Source: Lama glama (Eukaryota). From it: a stretch of 64,000 bases of DNA. Of this stretch, positions 63,570 through 64,000 are shown one piece after another. A model generated the notes under the pieces. That model saw only the letters and a list, made by a program, of their open reading frames with translations, ran no database searches and had not been told where the DNA came from. The position numbers were made by a program, and so were the translations under genes. How positions within the stretch are numbered: position 1 is the stretch's first letter; every line of letters begins with the position of its first letter. Location: positions 7,070,001 through 7,134,000 of the forward strand of contig CM052816.1 in NCBI GenBank assembly GCA_028534125.1. Reading direction: 5' to 3'.

Positions 63570-64000
63570 TGTGCTCAATTTGGTAGTTTCTCAAAAGCCA
63601 GCCATTCCTCTGCGAGGTATTTACCCAAGAGAAATGGAAAGCACGTGTCCATGTGAAGACCTGTACGTAAATACTGATAGCAGCTTTGCTTGTAATAGCC
63701 AAAAACTGAAAACAACCCAGTGTCCATCACCAGGTGAATAAACAAATTGTGGTACAGCCATACAGCTGAACACCATCATCCATGCATCTCACTTCTAGTG
63801 AGTGAAAGAAGCCAGGAAAAAAAGAGACTATACTGTATGAATAAAATTCTAAAAAGATGCAAAGTTATCTATTGCAACCAAAGCAGATCCGTGACTGCCT
63901 GATGATGTGGGGTGGCAAGGAGAGGCTGGAGGGAAGGATTACGAAGGGGCAGGAGGAAACTTTTGGGTTGGATATGTTCATTATCTCGAGTGGGGTGATG
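63570..64000 (+). mobile_element. L1M 3' fragment in the ATOX1 3'UTR intron
   Basis: GGTATTTACCCAAGAGAAATGGAAA...AAACTGAAAACAACCCAGTGTCCATCA...AACAAATTGTGGTA. Confidence 0.8.

Overview
This is mammalian genomic DNA, most likely from a camelid: it carries several tRNA-Ala-derived Vic-1-like SINEs, and the proteins look cetartiodactyl. Two divergently transcribed housekeeping genes are present. G3BP1 is complete on the minus strand, with a non-coding exon 1 in a CpG island (~42360-42440) and 11 coding exons from 28330 down to 15380. These give a 1398-nt CDS (465 aa), with all introns GT-AG and a long 3'UTR probably reaching ~8.2 kb. ATOX1 is on the plus strand, with three coding exons (54937-63165, 68 aa, MTCEGC copper motif); its last UTR exon lies beyond the window. 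The rest is introns and intergenic DNA rich in L1, L2, MIR, hAT-Charlie, MaLR/ERV LTRs and SINEs. I found no convincing new multi-gene system. The best leads are (1) a Pro->Leu change at G3BP1 residue 283, next to the reported FMDV 3C cleavage residue E284; (2) a tailless internal L1 ORF2 fragment with a perfect 14-bp TSD; (3) a retroposed pre-tRNA-Gly with a 3' trailer and poly(A); and (4) inverted SINEs in ATOX1 intron 1. Repeat family names and ortholog comparisons are from memory, not from searches.
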